Shown: positions 59,039 through 64,000 of the stretch, piece after piece
Layout of the letters: each line of letters opens with the position of its first letter
How positions within the stretch are numbered: the first letter of the stretch is position 1
Assembly: GCA_963844035.1 (NCBI GenBank)
Contig: CAWJMT010000004.1
Span: 128,001-192,000 of the forward strand
Direction: 5' to 3'
From: an uncultured Gemmatimonadales bacterium
GTDB lineage: Bacteria > Gemmatimonadota > Gemmatimonadetes > Gemmatimonadales > GWC2-71-9
Length of the DNA stretch: 64,000 bases
Notes under the pieces: model-generated
Seen by the model: only the letters and a program-made list of their open reading frames with translations
Database searches by the model: none
What the model was told of the DNA's origin: nothing
Program-made: the position numbers and the translations under genes

Positions 59039-60402
59039 CTCACGCCTGGGGCGATGCCCCCATCGCCGCCACAGGTAGTAGACGGGAACCCCGCTCAACA
59101 CCACCGCCACATCGAGTCCGAACAGCAGCGGCTCGGAGACGAGATAGTTGCCGAGCAGGAACAGCGACCCGATGAGAAACAGGATGGGGACCCACGGGTA
59201 GCCCCACGTCGAGTACGGGCGCACCAGCCCCGGGCGGCGCCGCAGCACGAACACCGCGGCGAGGGCCAGCGCATAGAACGGCCAGATCCCGATGATGAAC
59301 TGGTCGGCGAGCTCGGTGAAGGTCCGCACCAACACGAACACGACGCCCAGCACGGCCGCGAGCAGCACCGCGTTCCCAGGCGCGCCGGTCCGCGGGTCCA
59401 CGCGCGAGATCGCGCGCGGGAACAGAGCCGTCCTCGGACATCGCAAAGAAAATCCGCGGCGCGGTCATCATGGCGCCGTTGAGCGTGCCGAAGGTGCTCA
59501 CCGCCACCGCGGCGGAGATCGCCACAGCGCCGGCCGGCCCGACGAGCAGGTTCGCGGCATCGGCGGCGACGAGCTCGGCGTGTTTCATCTGCTCGATCGG
59601 GAAGAGGTGCAGGTACACCAGGTTCGCGCTCAGGTACAGCACGACCACCGCCCCCGTGCCGAGCAGCAGCGCCAGCGGCAGGTTCCGCTCCGGGTTGCGG
59701 ACCTCGCCGCCGACGAACGCCAGATCGGCCCAGCCGTCGTATGCCCACAGAATCGCCACCATCGCGACCAGGAACGGCGACAGTCCCACGGCGGCGCGCT
59801 GCGAGAACATGCCCCCCGCAGCGCCCGTATCGCCCCCGAGCGCGAAGCCCAGCGCTATGAGCAGGGCGAGCGCCGCGACCTTGAAGACCGTGCTGAGGTT
59901 CTGCAGCAGCGCGCCGCGCTGGATCCCGAAATAGTTCACGGCGGCCACGACAGCGACGTATGCCGCCCCGAGCAGCTGCTCGGCGCGCACGGGGAGCCCG
60001 CCCACGGGGGCCGCCGGATCGAGGCCGAGCACCCGCAGCGTGTAGGCGGAAGAAGTGATTGAAATGGCGCCGTAAGCGCCGGGCCGGAGGATGAGCAGCT
60101 CCGCCCAGCCGAACAGAAACGCGGGGAGCCGGCCGAACCCTTCACGAATGAAGACGTAGATCCCGCCGGAGCGGGGGAACAGCGCAGCCAGCTCGGCGTA
60201 GGTGAGCGCACCAGCCAGCGCGACGGCCGCCGCCTGCCACCCAGCCCAGCAGGAACAACGGCACGTCGTCGACGCGCTGGGCGATGGACGCCGGGGTGCG
60301 GAAGATGCCGCTGCCGATGGTCGAGCCGATCACGACGGCGACGGCGCTCCACAACCCGAGCCGCCGCGGCAGCCGGTCGCCCCAGCGGTCCGGTACAGTC
60401 AT
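59027..60402 (-). CDS. APC-family amino acid permease (indels near 60230 and 59430)
   Basis: IGSTIGSGIF, WAYDGW, GGEVRNPERNLP and RPY..WGYPW. Confidence 0.9.
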
Positions 60403-60431
60403 AGGGTGCCCGAATATACATTTCCCGACCT

Positions 60432-61299
60432 ATGACGCGACGCTTTACTCAACTTGCCTGGGCCGCCGCGACGGCCACCTATCTCCTCATCATCCTCGGC
60501 GCCATCGTGCGCATCACCGGCTCGGGGATGGGGTGCGGCGACCACTGGCCGCTCTGCAACGGCAGCCTGCTGCCACCGCTCGACCTCCCGACCATGATCG
60601 AGTACGGCCACCGGCTCGCGGCGGCGGCGGTGAGCGTGCTGGTGGTCGCGCTGGCGATCTTGGCCTGGTGGGCGAGGAGAGGAGTCTCCGGAATCCCCGC
60701 CCTCACGGGCGGGGCCATCATGCCCAGGGTCAGTCAGCGCGCGGCGATGGTGAGCTACGGCGCGGTCGTGTTATTGGTGATTCAGATCCTGCTGGGTGCG
60801 ATCACGGTGAAGCTCGAGCTGCCGGCGTGGACGATCATCCTGCACCTCGGGACGGCGATGCTGCTGCTCGCGGCGCTGCTGGTGGCAGCGCGCTCGACCC
60901 CGCTAGCCCCACCCTCACGGGTGGGGCCATCGCGCGCGACGCTCGGGGCCGCGGTGCTCGGGTTGGCGACGGTGCTGATGGGCGCCCTCACCGCCAACAT
61001 GGCCGCGGCAACGGCGTGCCAGGGGTTCCCGCTCTGTAACGGCTCGTTCATGCCCACGAGTGGGCTGCAGCACATCCACTGGACGCACCGGCTGCTCGCG
61101 TACGCGCTGTTTGCTTATGTGATATGGTGGGCTGTGCGCTCGCGGGTCGCGTGGTGCGTGGTACGTGGTTGGGCTCGTGACGCTCCAAGTCGTGGTCGCC
61201 GCGGCGATGGTGCTGCTCGCGCTGCCCCCCGCGCTCCAGGCGGCGCACGTCGCCGTCGGAGCGGCGGTATGGGCGGCCCTCGTGCTCGCGGCGTTGTGA
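60432..61299 (+). CDS. ctaA: Heme A synthase COX15/CtaA (indel near 61165)
   Basis: SGMGCGDHWPLC, EYGHR, LH, CQGFPLC and HWTHR. Reconstructed end AHVAVG...AAL*. Confidence 0.85.
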
Positions 61300-63042
61300 G
61301 CGTTCCCTCGCCGCGCGCGGTCGCGTGGCTGTGGCCGCGGGTGCGGCCGTATCGCTGGAAACTGGCGCTGGCGCTCGTGTGTCTGGTCGCGAGCGCGGCG
61401 GTCGGCCTCGCGTTCCCGCAGATCGTGCGACACCTGCTCGACGCCGCGTTCGTCCGTCACGACCGGGGCATGCTCGACCGGATCGCCCTGTTCTTGACGG
61501 GTCTGTTCACCCTCCAGGCGCTTTCCAACTTCGCGCAGACCTACCTGCTCACGGCCACGGGCGAGCGGGTGGTGGCGAAGCTGCGCGAGGACCTGTTCAC
61601 CCACCTGGTGCACCTGTCGCCCGCGTTCTTCGCCGAGCGGCGCACCGGGGAGCTGGTCTCCCGACTCTCGGCCGACGTCGGCGCGATCCAGAGTCTCGTC
61701 AGCTCGCAAATCTCCGAGTTCGCGCGCCAGACGCTCTACCTGGCGGGCGGGATCACGCTGCTCACGATCACCAACCCGCACCTGATGGCCACGACGCTGG
61801 TCGTGGTGCCGTTCGTCGTGGGATCGGGGTGGTTCTTCGGCCGGCGGCTGCGGCGCGCCAGCACGCGAGTGCAGGACAGCGTGGCCAACGCGACCGCGGT
61901 GGCGGAGGAAGCGTTCAGCGAGATCCGCATCGTGCAGAGCTTTGCCCAGGAGACGTGGGAAGCGGCGCGCTACGGGGCAAGCATGGCGGAGGTGGTGCGG
62001 ATCGCGGTGCGCCGCGCCGCGACGCGCGGTGCGTTCTTCGCCATCATCATGTTCGTCACCTTCGGCGGCACGGTGGCGGTGCTGTGGGAAGGCGGGCGTC
62101 TGGTGCTCGCCGGAGTGGTGACCGCCGGCACCCTCGTGTCGTTCCTGCTCTACACGGTGTTCATCGGGGCCGCGGTCGCCGCCCTCGTCAGCCTGTTCTC
62201 GAGCTACCAGGAAACGGTGGGCGCTGCGCGGCGCGTGTTCGAGCTGCTCGAGACGCCGCCCACGGTCGCGGATCCCCCTGCTCCCCGAGCGCTGGCGCGC
62301 GCCGGTGCGCGGCCTCGTGGCGCTCGAGCATGTCTCCTTCCGCTACAAGCCCGACCTGCCGCTCGCGGTGGACGACGTCTCGCTCCGCATCGCACCGGGA
62401 GAAGTCGTCGCGCTGGTCGGCCCGTCGGGCGCGGGGAAGACGACGCTCGCGAATCTGCTGCCGCGCTTCTGGGACGTGACGGCGGGGTGCATTACGCTCG
62501 ACGGGAACGACATCCGTACGCTGCGCCTCGCGGAGCTGCGCGGCGCGATCGGCATCGTACCGCAGGAGCCGACGCTGTTCAGCGGCACCGTGACGGAGAA
62601 CATCGCGTACGGCCGCACGGGGGCCACGGAGGCCGAGATCGTCGCCGCGGCGCGGGCGGCGCACGCGCACGAGTTCGTCGAGCGGTTACCGCAGGGCTAT
62701 GCGACGCTCGTGGGGCAGCGGGGCGTGAAGCTCTCGGGAGGCCAGCGCCAGCGCGTGGCGATCGCGCGCGCGTTGTTGAAGGATCCTTCGGTGTTGATCC
62801 TCGACGAAGCGACCTCGAGCCTGGACGCCGAGAGCGAAGGGTTGATCGAGGAAGCGCTGGAGCGGCTGCTCAAGGGGCGCAGCACGCTGATCATCGCGCA
62901 CCGCCTGTCCACGGTGCGCCGCGCGAATCGGCTCGTGGTGCTCGATCGTGGTCGGGTCGTGGAGGAAGGCAGCCACGTGGACCTGCTGGCGCTGAACGGG
63001 CTGTACGCGCGGCTGTATCAGCGGCAGTTCAAGGACGACTAA
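61296..63042 (+). CDS. MsbA-like ABC exporter (indel near 62300)
   Basis: Transmembrane domain plus GPSGAGKTT, LSGGQRQR, ILDEATS and IAHRLST. Confidence 0.92.
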
Positions 63043-63716
63043 GGCCCGTCCGGCAGTCGCGACGTCCAGTGCCCCTTGCTGTCCACCTCGACGGTGTCCG
63101 CGGGTCCTGCGGTCAGGCCGAGGTTTCGCTCAAATGCGATGCTGCGATTGGACACCCATCGTACCCCGTGGGGATTCCACCGTCTCGACCCCACGCTCCA
63201 TTCACGCCGCAGCGTATCGCCCTCGGCGATCCACACCACCAGCCCCGAGCTGTCGTTCACGGTGGAAAATGGGGTGATCAGACGACGGCCGTCCGGCGAC
63301 GGAATCGGGATATCACTCACGGTCTTGCTCCATCCCCGAACCTCGTTGAGCAGGCCGATGGCGCTGCGTTCGTAGTACTGCACGAACAGCACGTAGTACC
63401 CGATCGGCTCGAGGATCCCGAGATAGTAGAACGCGACCCGCTCGGCGCCGCGGGAGATCGGCTCGAACTTCCGATAGGTGCCGCCCTGCAGCCGCAGCTC
63501 GAGTTGGCCTCCATCCCGTTTTACCCGGTTCCCGCTCAGCGCGATCTGTCGCGGCTCGAGGACCCGCGCACATTCCTCGGAGTTGAAAATCTCCTTGCAT
63601 GGCCCCTCCTCGCCCGGAGCGACCGGCACCGGCACCTGTGCCGACACGCCGCTTACCAACTGCACCAAGGAGAGGAAGAGGACGAAACCGGGGGTGCAGC
63701 TAGAAATCCAACGCAT
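63039..63716 (-). CDS. Hypothetical exported protein (start approximate)
   Basis: Signal-like FVLFLSLVQLVSGVSA|Q, a PIPSPDGRRL motif and less GC-biased codons. Confidence 0.55.
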   Translation of the reverse strand: MRWISSCTPGFVLFLSLVQLVSGVSAQVPVPVAPGEEGPCKEIFNSEECARVLEPRQIALSGNRVKRDGGQLELRLQGGTYRKFEPISRGAERVAFYYLGILEPIGYYVLFVQYYERSAIGLLNEVRGWSKTVSDIPIPSPDGRRLITPFSTVNDSSGLVVWIAEGDTLRREWSVGSRRWNPHGVRWVSNRSIAFERNLGLTAGPADTVEVDSKGHWTSRLPDGP

Positions 63717-64000
63717 CCGCATACGCGTCGTTCCCCAGCAGCTGGCGCCAGTTGGCCCGGCTTGGCTCTCTGGGATCGTTCGAATAGACCAGGACGTAGT
63801 TGCCGAACCCCGTGATATCGACAAAGCAGTACTTCCGGGGCCGCTTGTCCCCCTGCGTGTACTTCCAAACGGTGAAGGGGAGGTTGAGCCCCAGACCACG
63901 GCGGGTCAGGGTGATATCGGGGGGGCCGTACTCGAGGTAGATGCGCCCGCGGTCGGTGCGCCACCCCGGGACGTCGCCGGCGCCACCCTCGGAGAATTTC
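63700..64000 (-). CDS. GWxTD domain protein, 3' part (not in the ORF track)
   Basis: Translation from 63999 gives ...PGWRTDRGRIYLEYGPPD...VWKY...FVDITGFGNY...DALDF*. Confidence 0.88.
   Translation of the reverse strand, partial: KFSEGGAGDVPGWRTDRGRIYLEYGPPDITLTRRGLGLNLPFTVWKYTQGDKRPRKYCFVDITGFGNYVLVYSNDPREPSRANWRQLLGNDAYADALDF

Noticed and set aside
60432..63815. CtaA-ABC fusion (1127 aa)
   Set aside because: Two indels produce it. The real genes overlap at GTGA 61296-61299.

Overview
This is a high-GC bacterial chromosomal window. Gemmatimonadota is my inference, from the SprA homologue, the GWxTD protein and the pilin type. Nearly all genes are on the minus strand. Dozens of single-base indels split essential genes, so I read them as uncorrected long-read errors and give reconstructed gene spans. 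The core (about 15-49 kb) is a type IVa pilus locus in Myxococcus-like order: comEA, pilB-T-C, pilS-R, a glycosylation block, three near-identical major pilins, pilS2-R2, two minor-pilin sets, pilMNOPQ and a large beta-propeller lipoprotein. The best candidate for an undescribed system is the glycosylation block. It encodes a DPM1-like GT2, a GT-C membrane transferase and three tandem TMTC-like (eukaryote-type O-mannosyltransferase) genes, directly upstream of pilins whose head domains are about one-third Ser/Thr. The left flank holds aroC/K, topA-trmFO-xerC-hslVU-argF-gcvT, a pseudo-receiver sigma-54 activator and an [FeFe]-hydrogenase-like Fe-S/GGDEF fusion. The right flank holds sprA with a glutaminyl-cyclase-like M28 lipoprotein, lptFG, an amino acid permease, ctaA, an ABC exporter and a partial GWxTD gene. 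I found no rRNA, tRNA, CRISPR array or transposase.
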